Shown here one piece after another: positions 25,431 through 38,012 of a stretch of DNA of 64,000 nucleotides. The notes under the pieces were generated by a model. The model saw nothing but the letters and a program-made list of their open reading frames with translations, did no database searches and was not told where the DNA came from. Positions within the stretch are counted from its first letter, which is position 1. The number at the start of each line of letters is the position of its first letter. Both the position numbers and the translations under genes were made by a program. Source of the stretch: Utricularia gibba (lineage: Eukaryota > Plantae > Magnoliophyta); the NCBI GenBank assembly GCA_002189035.1, contig NEEC01000007.1, forward strand, positions 3,534,001 through 3,598,000, given 5' to 3'.

Positions 25431-28400
25431 GCCACATCGGGTCCTACTCGACGAAAATCGTGATGCAGTTATTGAAGTTAGGATTTCATGAGCACCCAAA
25501 ATGTTTTCTCAACGCATGCTTTATATTTGAGGAGGCGCTCTCGTCGGGCAACGGTATCGAGCAGGAGGTCGAGTCGAGCTCGGGCCCAGAGTCATTTGTA
25601 GCCCGACAAAAATTGATGCATTTATTAACGGTTGGTTTAATAGGCTGCCTCAATGTTTTTCTCAAGGAAAAGCTTGTCGTTTTTGGGCGGGTGATGTCGT
25701 TGTGAACTTCGTTCTGACCCAAGGTTCGGTCTGTCTCCTTTGCCAAATCTGGTCCTATTCGACGAAAATCGTGATGCAGTTTTGAAGTTAGGATTTCATG
25801 AGCACCCAAAATGCTTTTGTCAATCGCATGCTTTGTAGTTGAGGAGGCGCTCTAGTGGGGCACGGTATCGGGCAAAGGTCTAGTCGGGCTCGCTCCCAGA
25901 GTCATTTTAGCCGTTCAAAAAAAGTGATGCATTCATTAACGTTCGGTTTATTAGGCTGCCTACATAGTTTCTCAAGGAAAGCTTGTCGTTTCTGGGCGGG
26001 TGATGTCTTTTGGAACTTCGTTCTGACCATAGGTTCGGTCTGACTCCTTTGCCACATCGGGTCCTACTCGACGAAAATCGTGATGCAGTTATTGAAGTTA
26101 GGATCATGAGCACCCAAAATGGTTTTCTCAACCGCATGCTTTATATTTGATAAGGCACTCTCGTGGGGCAACGGATCGAGTAGGAGGTCGGTCGAGCTCG
26201 GGCCCAGAGTCATTTGTAGCCCGGCAAAAAATTGATGCATTTATTAACGTTCGGCTTTATTAGGCTGCCTACATAGTTTCTCAAGGAAAAGCTGTCGTTT
26301 CTGCGCGGGTGATGTCGTTGGAACTTCGTTCGGACCCAAGGTTCTGTCTGACTCCTTTGCCACAGCGGGTCTACTCGACGAAAATCGTGATGCAGTTATT
26401 GAAGTTAGGATGTCATGAGCACCCAAAATGGTTTTCTCACCGCATGCTTTATTTGAGGAGGCGCTCTCGTGGGCAACGGTATCGAGCAGGAGGTCGAGTC
26501 GAGCTCGGGCCCATAGTCATTTGTAGCTCGGCAAAAAACTTGATGCATTTATTAACGTTGGTTTTAATAGGCTGCCTAAATGTTTTTCTCAAGGAAAAGC
26601 TTGTCGTTTTTGGGCGGGTGATGTCGTTGTGAACTTCGTTCTGACCCAAGGTTCGGTCTGTCTCCTTTGCCAAATCTGGTCCTACTCGACGAAAATCGTG
26701 ATGCAGTTATTGAAGTTAGGATGTCATGAGCACCCAAATGTTTTCTCAACCGCGTGCTTTATATTTGATAAGGCACTCTCGTGGGGCAACGGTATCGAGC
26801 AGGAGGTCGAGTCGAGCTCGGGAGGAGTCATTTGTAGCCGGCAAAAAAATTGATGCATTTATTAACGTTCGGCTTTATTAGGCTGCCTACATGTTTCTCA
26901 AGGAAAAGCTTGTCGTTTCTGGGCGGGTGATGTCTTTGGAACTTCGTTCTGACCATAGGTTCGGTCTGACTCCTTTGCCACATCGGGTCCTACTCGACGA
27001 AAATCGTGATGCAGTTATTGAAGTTAGGATTCATGAGCACCCAAAATGGTTTTCTCAACCGCATGCTTTATATTTGATAAGGCACTCTCGTGGGGCAACG
27101 GTATCGAGTAGGAGGTCGGTCGAGCTCGGGCCCAGAGTCATTTGTAGCCCGGCAAAAAAAATTGATGCATTTATTAACGTTCGGCTTTATTAGGCTGCCT
27201 ACATAGTTTTCTCAAGGAAAAGCTGTCGTTTCTGGCGGGTGATGTCGTTGGGAACTTCGTTCGGACCCAAGGTTCTGTCTGACTCCTTTGCCACATCGGG
27301 TCCTACTCGACGAAAATCGTGATGCAGTTATTGAAGTTAGGATTCATGAGCACCCAAAATGGTTTTCTCAACCGCATGCTTTATATTTGATAAGGTGCTC
27401 TCGTGGGGCAACGGTATCGAGTAGGAGGTCGAGTCGAGCTCGGGCCATAGTCATTTGTAGCTCGGCAAAAAACTTGATGCATTTATTAACGTTGGTTTTA
27501 ATAGGCTGCCTAAATGGTTTTCTCAAGGAAAAGCTTGTCGTTTTTGGCGGGTGATGTCGTTGTGAACTTCGTTCTGACCAAGGTTCGGTCTGTCTCCTTT
27601 GCAAATCTGGTCCTACTCGACGAAAATCGTGATGCAGTTATTGAAGTTAGGATGTCATGAGCACCCAAAATGCTTTTTCAATCGCATGCTTTGTAGTTGA
27701 GGAGGCGCTCTAGTGGGGCACGGTATCGGGCAAAGGTCGACTCGGGCTCGCTCCAGAGTCATTTGTAGCCCGGCAAAAAATTGATGCATTTATTAACGTT
27801 CGGCTTTATTAGGCTGCCTACATAGTTTCTCAAGGAAAAGCTTGTCGTTTCTGGCGGGTGATGTCGTTGGGAACTTCGTTCGACCAAGGTTCGTCTGACT
27901 CCTTTGCCACATCGGGTCCTACTCGACGAAAATCGTGATGCAGTTATTGAAGTTAGGATGTCATGAGCACCCAAAATGGTTTTCTCAACCGCATGCTTTA
28001 TATTTGAGGAGGCGCTCTCGTGGGGCAACGGTATCGAGCAGGAGGTCGAGTCGAGCTCGGCCCATAGTCATTTATAGCTCGGCAAAAAAACTTGATGCAT
28101 TTATTAACGTTGGTTTTAATAGAACGCCTACATTGTTTTCTCAAGGAAAAGCTTGTCGTTTTTGGGCGGGTGATTTCGTTGTGAACTTCGTTCTGACCCA
28201 ACGTTCGGTCTGACTCCTTTGCCACATCGGGTCCTACTCGACGAAAATCGTGATGCAGCTATTGAAGTTAGGATTTCATGAGCACCCAAAATGGTTTTCT
28301 CAACCGCATGCTTTATATTTGAGGAGGCGCTCTCGTGGGGCAACGGTATCGAGCAGGAGGTCGAGTCGAGCTCGGGCCCAGAGTCATTTGTAGCCCGACA

Positions 28401-31400
28401 AAAATTGATGCATTTATTAACGTTCGGCTCTATTAGGCTGCCTACATAGTTTCTCAAGGAAAAGCTTGTCGTTTCTGCGCGGGTGATGTCGTTGGAACTT
28501 CGTTCGGACCCAAGGTTCTGTCTGACTCCTTTGCCACATCGGGTCCAACTCGATGAAAATCGTGATGCAGTTATTGAAGTTAGGATGTCATGAGCACCCA
28601 AAGTGGTTTTCTCAACCGCATGCTTTATATTTGAGGAGGCGCTCTGGGGCAACGGTATCGAGCAGGAGGTCGAGTCGAGCTCGGCCCATAGTCATTTGCA
28701 TGCACCCAAAATGGTTTGATGCATTAATTAACGTTGGGTTTTAATAGAACACCTACATTGTTTCTCAAGGAAAAGCTGGTCGTTTTGGGCGGGTGATTTC
28801 GTTGAACTTCGTTCTGACCCAAGGTTCGGTCTGTCACCTTTGCCAATCTGGACCTACTCGACGAAAATCGTGATGCAGTTATTGAAGTTAGGATTTCATG
28901 AGCACCCAAAATGGTTTTCTCAACCGCATGCTTTATATTTGATAAGGTGCTTCGTGGGGCAACGTATCGAGTAGGAGGTCGAGTCGAGCTCGGCCCATAG
29001 TCATTTGTAGCTCGGCAAAAAACTTGATGCATTTATTAACGGTTGGTTTTAATAGGCTGCCTCAATGGTTTTCTCAAGGAAAAGCTTGTCGTTTTTGGGC
29101 GGGTGATGTCGTTGTGAACTTCGTTCTGACCCAAGGTTCGGTCTGTCTCCTTTGCCAAATCTGGTCCTACTCGACGAAAATCGTGATGCAGTTATTGAAG
29201 TTAGGATTTCATGAGCACCCAAAATGCTTTTGTCAATCGCATGCTTTGTAGTTGAGGAGGCGCTCTAGTGGGGCACGGTATCGGGCAAAAGGTCGAGTCG
29301 GCTCGCTCCAGAGTCATTTTTAGCCTGTCAAAAAAAGTGATGCATTTATTAACGTTGGGTTTTAATAGGCTGCCTACATGGTTTCTCAAGGAAAAGCTTG
29401 TCGTTTCTGGGCGGGTGATGTCTTTTGGAACTTCGTTCTGACCATAGTTCGGTCTGACTCCTTTGCCACATCGGGTCCTACTCGACGAAAATCGTGATGC
29501 AGTTATTGAAGTTAGGATTTCATGAGCACCCAAAATGCTTTTGTCAACGCATGCTTTGTAGTTGAGGAGGCGCTCTAGTGGGGCACGGTATCGGGCAAAG
29601 GTCGAGTCGGGCTCGCTCCCAGAGTTTTTTAGCCAAAAAAGTGATGCATTTATTAACGTTGGTTTTTAATAGGCTGCCTACATGTTTCTCAAGGAAAAGC
29701 TTGTCGTTTCTGGCGGGTGATGTCTTTGGAACTTCGTTCTGACCATTGGTTCGGTCTGACTCCTTTGCCACATCGGGTCCTACTCGACGAAAATCGTGAT
29801 GCAGTTATTGAAGTTAGGATTTCATGAGCACCAAAATGGTTTTCTCAACCGCATGCTTTATATTTGATAAGGTGCTCTCGTGGGGCACGGTATCGGTAGG
29901 AGGTCGAGTCGAGCTCGGGCCATAGTCATTTGTAGCTCGGCAAAAAACTTGATGCGTTTATTAACGGTTGGTTTTAATAGGCTGCCTCAATGGTTTTCTC
30001 AAGGAAAAGCTTGTCGTTTTTGGGCGGGTGATGTCGTTGTGAACTTCGTTCTGACCCAAGGTTCGGTCTGTCTCCTTTGCCAAATCTGGTCCTACTCGAC
30101 GAAAATCGTGATGCAGTTATTGAAGTTAGGATTTCATGAGCACCAAAATGCTTTTTTCAATCGCATGCTTTGTAGTTGAGGAGGCGCTCTAGTGGGGCAC
30201 GATATCGGGCAAAAGGTCGAGTCGGGCTCGTCCCAGAGTCATTTTTAGCCTGTCAAAAAAAGTGATGCATTTATTAACGTTGGGTTTTAATAGGCTGCCT
30301 ACATGGTTTCTCAAGGAAAAGCTTGTCGTTTCTGGGCGGGTGATGTCTTTTGGAACTTCGTTCTGACCATAGTTCGGTCTGACTCCTTTGCCACATCGGG
30401 TCCTACTCGACGAAAATCGTGATGCAGTTATTGAAGTTAGGATTTCATGAGCACCCAAAATGGTTTTCTCAACCGCATGCTTTATATTTGATAAGGTGCT
30501 CTCGTGGGGCAACGGTATCGAGTAGGAGGTCGAGTCGAGCTCGGCCCATAGTCATTTGTAGCTCGGCAAAAAACTTGATGCATTTATTAACGTTGGTTTT
30601 AATAGGCTGCCTCAATGGTTTCTCAAGGAAAAGCTTGTCGTTTTTTGGCGGGTGATGTCGTTGTGAACTTCGTTCTGACCCAAGGTTCGGTCTGTCCTTT
30701 GCCAAATCTGGTCCTACTCGACGAAAATCGTGATGCAGTTATTGAAGTTAGGATTTCATGAGCACCCAAAATGCTTTTTCAATCGCATGCTTTGTAGTTG
30801 AGGAGGCGCTCTAGTGGGGCACGGTATCGGGCAAAGGTCGAGTCGGGCTCGCTCCAGAGTCATTTTAGCCTGTCAAAAAAAGTGATGCATTTATTAACGT
30901 TGGGTTTAATAGGCTGCCTACATGGTTTCTCAAGGAAAAGCTTGTCGTTTCTGGGCGGGTGATGTCTTTGGAACTTCGTTCTGACCATAGGTTCGGTCTG
31001 ACTCCTTTGCCACATCGGGTCCTACTCGACGAAAATCGTGATGCAGTTATTGAAGTTAGGATTTCATGAGCACCCAAAATGGTTTTTCAACCGCATGCTT
31101 TATATTTGATAAGGCGCTCTCGTGGGGCAACGGTATCGAGCAGGAGGTCGAGTCGAGCTCGGGCCCATAGTCATTTGTAGCCCGGCAAAAAAATTGATGC
31201 ATTTATTAACGTTGGCTTTATTAGGCTGCCTACATAGTTTCTCAAGGAAAAGCTTGTCGTTTCTGGCGGGTGATGTCTTTTGGAACTTCGTTCTGACCAT
31301 AGGTTCGGTCTGACTCCTTTGCCACATCGGGTCCTACTCGACGAAAATCGTGATGCAGTTATTGAAGTTAGGATTTCATGAGCACCCAAAATGGTTTTCT

Positions 31401-34400
31401 CAACCGCATGCTTTATATTTGATAAGGTGCTCTCGTGGGGCAACGGTATCGAGTAGGAGGTCGAGTCGAGCTCGGGCCCATAGTCATTTGTAGCTCGGCA
31501 AAAAACTTGATGCATTTATTAACGGTTGGTTTTAATAGGCTGCCTCAATAGTTTTCTCAAGGAAAAGCTTGTCGTTTTTGGGCGGGTGATGTCGTTGTGA
31601 ACTTCGTTCTGACCCAAGGTTCGGTCTGTCTCCTTTGCCAAATCTGGTCCTACTCGACGAAAATCGTGATGCAGTTATTGAAGTTAGGATTTCATGAGCA
31701 CCCAAAATGCTTTTGTCAATCGCATGCTTTGTAGTTGAGGAGGCGCTCTAGTGGGCACGGTATCGGCAAAAGGTCGAGTCGGGCTCGCTCCCAGAGTCAT
31801 TTTTAGCCTGTCAAAAAAAGTGATGCATTTATTAACGTTGGTTTTAATAGGCTGCCTACATGGTTTCTCAAGGAAAAGCTTGTCGTTTCTGGCGGGTGAT
31901 GTCTTTTGGAACTTCGTTCTGACCAGGTTCGGTCTGACTCCTTTGCCACATCGGGTCCTACTCGACGAAAATCGTGATGCAGTTATTGAAGTTAGGATTT
32001 CATGAGCACCCAAAATGGTTTTCTCAACCGCATGCTTTGTAGTTGAGGAGGCGCTCTAGTGGGGCACGGTATCGGCAAAGGTCGAGTCGGCTCGCCCATA
32101 GTCATTTTAGCCGGCAAAAAACTTGATGCATTTATTAACGTTGGTTTTAATAGGCTGCCTCACATGGTTTTCTCAAGGAAAAGCTTGTCGTTTTGGGGGT
32201 GTGATGTTTTGTGAACTCTCGTTCTGACCCAAGGTTCGGTCTGTCTCCTTTGCCAATCTGGTCCTACTCGACGAAAATCGTGATGCAGTTATTGAAGTTA
32301 GGATTTCATGAGCACCCAAAATGCTTTTTTCAATCGCATGCTTTGTAGTTGAGGAGGCGCTCTAGTGGGGCACGGTATCGGGCAAAAGGTCGAGTCGGGC
32401 TCGCTCCCAGAGTCATTTTTAGCCTGTCAAAAAAAAGTGATGCATTTATTAACGTTGGGTTTTAATAGGCTGCCTACATGGTTTCTCAAGGAAAAGCTTG
32501 TCGTTTCTGGGCGGGTGATGTCTTTTGGAACTTCGTTCTGACCATAGGTTCGGTCTGACTCCTTTGCCACATCGGGTCCTACTCGACGAAAATCGTGATG
32601 CAGTTATTGAAGTTAGGATTTCATGAGCACCCAAAATGGTTTTCTCAACCGCATGCTTTATATTTGATAAGGTGCTCTCGTGGGGCAACGGTATCGAGTA
32701 GGAGTCGAGTCGAGCTCGGGCCCATAGTCATTTGTAGCCCGGCAAAAAAATTGATGCATTTATTAACGTTGGTTTTAATAGGCTGCCTATCATAGTCGTT
32801 CTTCAAAGGCAATTAACGCGTTGTCGTTTCTCAAGGGCTTGGGTGATGTCGTTTTGGAACTTCGTTCCTGACCATAGTTCGGTTCTGACTCCTTTGCCAC
32901 ATCGGGTCCTACTCGACGAAAATCGTGATGCAGTTATTGAAGTTAGGATTTCATGAGCACCCAAAATGGTTTTCTCAACCGCATGCTTTATATTTGATAA
33001 GGTGCTCTCGTGGGGCAACGGTATCGAGTAGGAGGTCGAGTCGAGCTCGGGCCCATAGTCATTTGTAGCTCGGCAAAAAATTGATGCATTTATTAACGGT
33101 TGGTTTTAATAGGCTGCCTCAATGGTTTTCTCAAGGAAAAGCTTGTCGTTTTTGGCGGGTGATGTCGTTGTGAACTTCGTTCTGACCCAAGGTTCGGTCT
33201 GTCTCCTTTGCCAAATCTGGTCCTACTCGACGAAAATCGTGATGCAGTTATTGAAGTTAGGATTTCATGAGCACCCAAAATGTTTTGTCAATCGCATGCT
33301 TTGTAGTTGAGGAGGCGCTCTAGTGGGGCACGGTATCGGCAAAAGGTCGAGTCGGGCTCGCCCAGAGTCATTTTTAGCCTGTCAAAAAAAGTGATGCATT
33401 TATTAACGTTGGTTTTAATAGGCTGCCTACATGGTTTCTCAAGGAAAAGCTTGTCGTTTCTGGCGGGTGATGTCTTTTGGAACTTCGTTCTGACCAGGTT
33501 CGGTCTGACTCCTTTGCCACATCGGGTCCTACTCGACGAAAATCGTGATGCAGTTATTGAAGTTAGGATTTCATGAGCACCCAAAATGGTTTTCTCAACC
33601 GCATGCTTTATATTTGATAAGGCCTCTCGTGGGAACGGTATCGAGCAGGAGGTCGAGTCGAGCTCGGCCCAGAGTCATTTGTAGCCGGCAAAAAAATTGA
33701 TGCATTTATTAACGTTGGTTTTATAGGCTGCCTACATGGTTTCTCAAGGAAAAGCTTGTCGTTTTGGCGGGTGATGTCGTTGGAACTTCGTTCTGACCAA
33801 GGTTCGGTCTGACTCCTTTGCCACATCGGTCCTACTCGACGAAAATCGTGATGCAGTTATTGAAGTTAGGATTCATGAGCACCCAAAATGGTTTTCTCAA
33901 CCGCATGCTTTATATTTGATAAGGCACTCTCGTGGGGCAACGGTATCGAGCAGGAGTCGAGTCGAGCTCGCCCAGAGTCATTTGTAGCCCGGCAAAAAAC
34001 TTGATGCATTTATTAACGTTGGCTTTATAGGCTGCCTACATGTTTCTCAAGGAAAAGCTTGTCGTTTCTGGGGGTGATGTCTTGGAACTTCGTTCTGACC
34101 CAGGTTCGGTCTGACTCCTTTGCCACATCGGTCCTACTCGACGAAAATCGTGATGCAGTTATTGAAGTTAGGATTTCATGAGCACCCAAAATGGTTTTCT
34201 CAACCGCATGCTTTATATTTGATAAGGCGCTCTCGTGGGCAACGGTATCGAGCAGGAGGTCGAGTCGAGCTCGGGCCCATAGTCATTTGTAGCTCGGCAA
34301 AAAACTTGATGCATTATTAACGTTGGTTTTAATAGCTGCCTCATGTTTTCTCAAGGAAAAGCTTGTCGTTTTTGGGCGGTGATGTCGTTGTGAACTTCGT

Positions 34401-34424
34401 TCTGACCCAAGGTTCGGTCTGACT

Positions 34425-35020
34425 CACATAGTCATGCAGTTGTTAGGATTTCATCGGCTCAACCGCATGCTTTATATTTGATAAGGTGCTCTCGTGGGGC
34501 AACGGTATCGAGTAGGAGGTCGAGTCGAGCTCGCCCATAGTCATTTGTAGCTCGGCAAAAAAATTGATGCATTTATTAACGTTGGTTTTAATAGCTGCCT
34601 TTTTCTCAAGGAAAAGCTTGTCGTTTTTGGCGGTGATGTCGTTGTGAACTTCGTTCTGACCCAAGGTTCGGTCTGACATCTGGTCCTTCTCAAGTTATTG
34701 AAAGGATTTCATGCTTGTCGCATGCTTCGCTCTAGTGGGGCACGGTATCGTCGAGTCGTCTTCATTGGCAACTTCGTTGGGTTTTAATAGGCTGCCTACA
34801 TGGTTTCTCAAGGAAAAGCTTGTCGTTTCTGGGCGGGTGATGTCTTTTGACTCCTGACCATTTCGCCACATCGGGTCCTACTCGACGAAAATCGTGATGC
34901 AGTTATTGAAGTTAGGATTTCATGAGCACCCAAAATGGTTTTCTCAACCGCATGCTTTATATTTGATAAGGTGCTCTCGAGTCGAGGGCAACGGTCGGCA
35001 TCGAGGCTACATGGAAAAGC
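34425..35020. other. Scrambled/gappy satellite segment (probable consensus artefact)
   Basis: The monomer skeleton is kept but has many scattered 5-30 bp deletions (e.g. gactcacatagtcatgcagttgttagg; gacatctggtccttctcaagttattgaaagg). Confidence 0.6.
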
Positions 35021-37504
35021 TTGTCGTTTTTGGGCGGGTGATGTCGTTGGAACTTCGTTCTGACCAAGGTTCGGTCTGACCTTTGCCAAATCGGTCCTAC
35101 TCGACGAAAATCGTGATGCAGTTATTGAAGTTAGGATTTCATGAGCACCCAAAATGGTTTTCTCAACCGCATGCTTTATATTTGATAAGGGCTCTCGTGG
35201 GCAACGGTATCGAGTAGGAGGTCGAGTCGAGCTCGGGCCCATAGTCATTTGTAGCTCGGCAAAAAACTTGATGCATTTATTAACGTTGGTTTTAATAGGC
35301 TGCCTAATGGTTTTCTCAAGGAAAAGCTTGTCGTTTTGGCGGTGATGTCGTTTTGAACTTCGTTCTGACCAAGGTTCGGTCTGACTCCTTTGATCGGTCC
35401 TACTCGACGAAAATCGTGATGCAGTTATTGAAGTTAGGATTTCATGAGCACCAAAATGTTTTTCAACCGCATGCTTTATATTTAGGCGCTCTAGTGGGGC
35501 ACGGTATCGGGCAAAGGTCGAGTCGGCTCGCCCAGAGTCATTTTAGCCTGCAAAAAAATTGATGCATTTATTAACGTTGGGTTTTAATAGGCTGCCTACA
35601 TGGTTTCTCAAGGAAAAGCTTGTCGTTTCTGGGGGTGATGTCTTTTGGAACTTCGTTCTGACCATAGGTTCGGTCTGACTCCTTTGCCACATCGGGTCCT
35701 ACTCGACGAAAATCGTGATGCAGTTATTGAAGTTAGGATTCATGAGCACCCAAAATGGTTTTCTCAACCGCATGCTTTATATTTGATAAGGCACTCTCGG
35801 GGCAACGGTATCGAGCAGGAGGTCGAGTCGAGCTCCCATAGTCATTTGTAGCCCGGCAAAAAATTGATGCATTTATTAACGTTGGTTTTATAGGCTGCCT
35901 ACATGTTTCTCAAGGAAAAGCTTGTCGTTTCGGCGGGTGATGTCGTTGGAACTTCGTTCTGACCAAGGTTCGGTCTGTCTCCTTTGCCAATCGGTCCTAC
36001 TCGACGAAAATCGTGATGCAGTTATTGAAGTTAGGATTTCATGAGCACCCAAAATGCTTTTGTCAACGCATGCTTTGTAGTTGAGGAGGCGCTCTAGTGG
36101 GCACGGTATCGGGCAAAGGTCGAGTCGGGCTCGGGCCAGAGTCATTTTTAGCCTGCAAAAAAAGTGATGCATTTATTAACGTTGGTTTATAGGCTGCCTA
36201 CAAGTTTCTCAAGGAAAAGCTTGTCGTTTCTGCGGGTGATGTCGTTGGAACTTCGTTCTGACCAAGGTTCGGTCTGACTCCTTTGCCACATCGGGTCCTA
36301 CTCGACGAAAATCGTGATGCAGTTATTGAAGTTAGGATTCATGAGCACCCAAAATGGTTTTCTCAACCGCATGCTTTATATTTGAAAGGCACTCTCGTGG
36401 GGCAACGGTATCGAGCAAGGTCGAGTCGAGCTCGGCCCAGAGTCATTTGTAGCCCGGCAAAAAAATTGATGCATTATTAACGTTGGTTTATAGGCTTACA
36501 TAGTTTCTCAAGAAAAGCTTGTCGTTTCTGGGCGGGTGATGGGAACTTCGTTCTGACCATAGGTTCGGTCTGACCCTTTGCCAATCGGGTCCTACTCGAC
36601 GAAAATCGTGATGCAGTTATTGAAGTTAGGATTTCATGAGCACCCAAAATGGTTTTCTCAACCGCATGCTTTATATTTGATAAGGTGCTCTCGTGGGCAA
36701 CGGTATCGAGTAGGAGGTCGAGTCGAGCTCGGGCCCATAGTCATTTGTAGCTCGGCAAAAAACTTGATGCATTTATTAACGGTTGGTTTTAATAGGCTGC
36801 CTCAATGGTTTTCTCAAGGAAAAGCTTGTCGTTTTGGGCGGGTGATGTCGTTGTGAACTTCGTTCTGACCCAAGGTTCGGTCTGTCTCCTTTGCCAATCT
36901 GGTCCTACTCGACGAAAATCGTGATGCAGTTATTGAAGTTAGGATTTCATGAGCACCCAAAATGTTTTGTCAATCGCATGCTTTGTAGTTGAGGAGGCGC
37001 TCTAGTGGGCACGGTATCGGGCAAAAGGTCGAGTCGGGCTCGCTCCCAGAGTCATTTTTAGCCTGTCAAAAAAGTGATGCATTTATTAACGTTGGGTTTA
37101 ATAGGCTGCCTACATGGTTTCTCAAGGAAAAGCTTGTCGTTTCTGGGCGGGTGATGTCTTTTGGAACTTCGTTCTGACCATAGGTTCGGTCTGACTCCTT
37201 TGCCACATCGGTCCTACTCGACGAAAATCGTGATGCAGTTATTGAAGTTAGGATTTCATGAGCACCCAAAATGGTTTTCTCAACCGCATGCTTTATATTT
37301 GATAAGGCACTCTCGTGGGGCAACGGTATCGAGCAGGAGGTCGAGTCGAGCTCGGGCCAGTCATTTGTAGCTCGGCAAAAAACTTGATGCATTTATTAAC
37401 GTTGGTTTATAGGCTGCCTAATGGTTTCTCAAGGAAAAGCTTGTCGTTTTTGGCGGGTGATGTCGTTGGAACTTCGTTCTGACCCAAGGTTCGGTCTGTC
37501 TCCT

Positions 37505-38012
37505 TTGCCAAATTTATTAACGTTTTTTTCTAGGCTGCATACATAGTTTCTCATTTGAAAAGCTTGTCTGTTTTCTGGGCGCGGGTGATGTCTTGAACTT
37601 CGTTCTGACCCGAGTAGGAGTGACTCGAGCTTTGCCACATCATAGTCACTCGACGTAGCTCGTGATAAAACTTGATGCAAGTTAGGTTAACGAGCACCCA
37701 TGCCTGGTTCATGGTTTTCTACCGGAAAAGCTTGTTGTTTCTGGGCGGGCTGATGTCTTTTGGAACTTCGTTCTGACCATAGGTTCGGTCTGACTCCTTT
37801 GCCACATCGGGTCCTACTCGACGAAAATCGTGATGCAGTTATTGAAGTTAGGATTTCATGAGCACCCAAAATGGTTTTCTCAACCGCATGCTTTATATTT
37901 GATAAGGTCATAGTCGTTTGGTATCTCGGCAAAAAACTTGTCGATGTCATTTAATTAACATAGTCATTTAATAGCTGCGCATGCTTTTCTCAACTTGAAA
38001 GCTTTATCGTTT
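37505..38012. other. Scrambled segment with interleaved A-half/B-half words
   Basis: An A half is skipped at ~37511. 37611-37730 alternates words from homologous positions of the two halves, and there is further disorder at 37908-38012. Confidence 0.65.

Larger units (their letters stand above)
1..28841. repeat. Left, heterogeneous satellite domain (mixed monomer subtypes, short local HORs)
   Basis: Many units carry ttaggatGtcatg. A-half allele atttgaggaggcgctctcgtg is common. B-half alleles cccgacaaaa..ttcggc(g/t)ctattagg..catagtttc..ctgcgcggg..ttcggacccaaggttctg (P) and gcattAattaac..tagaac..cattgttttc..gatTtcgttg (Q) are present. The last ggatGtc is at 28587. Confidence 0.85.
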
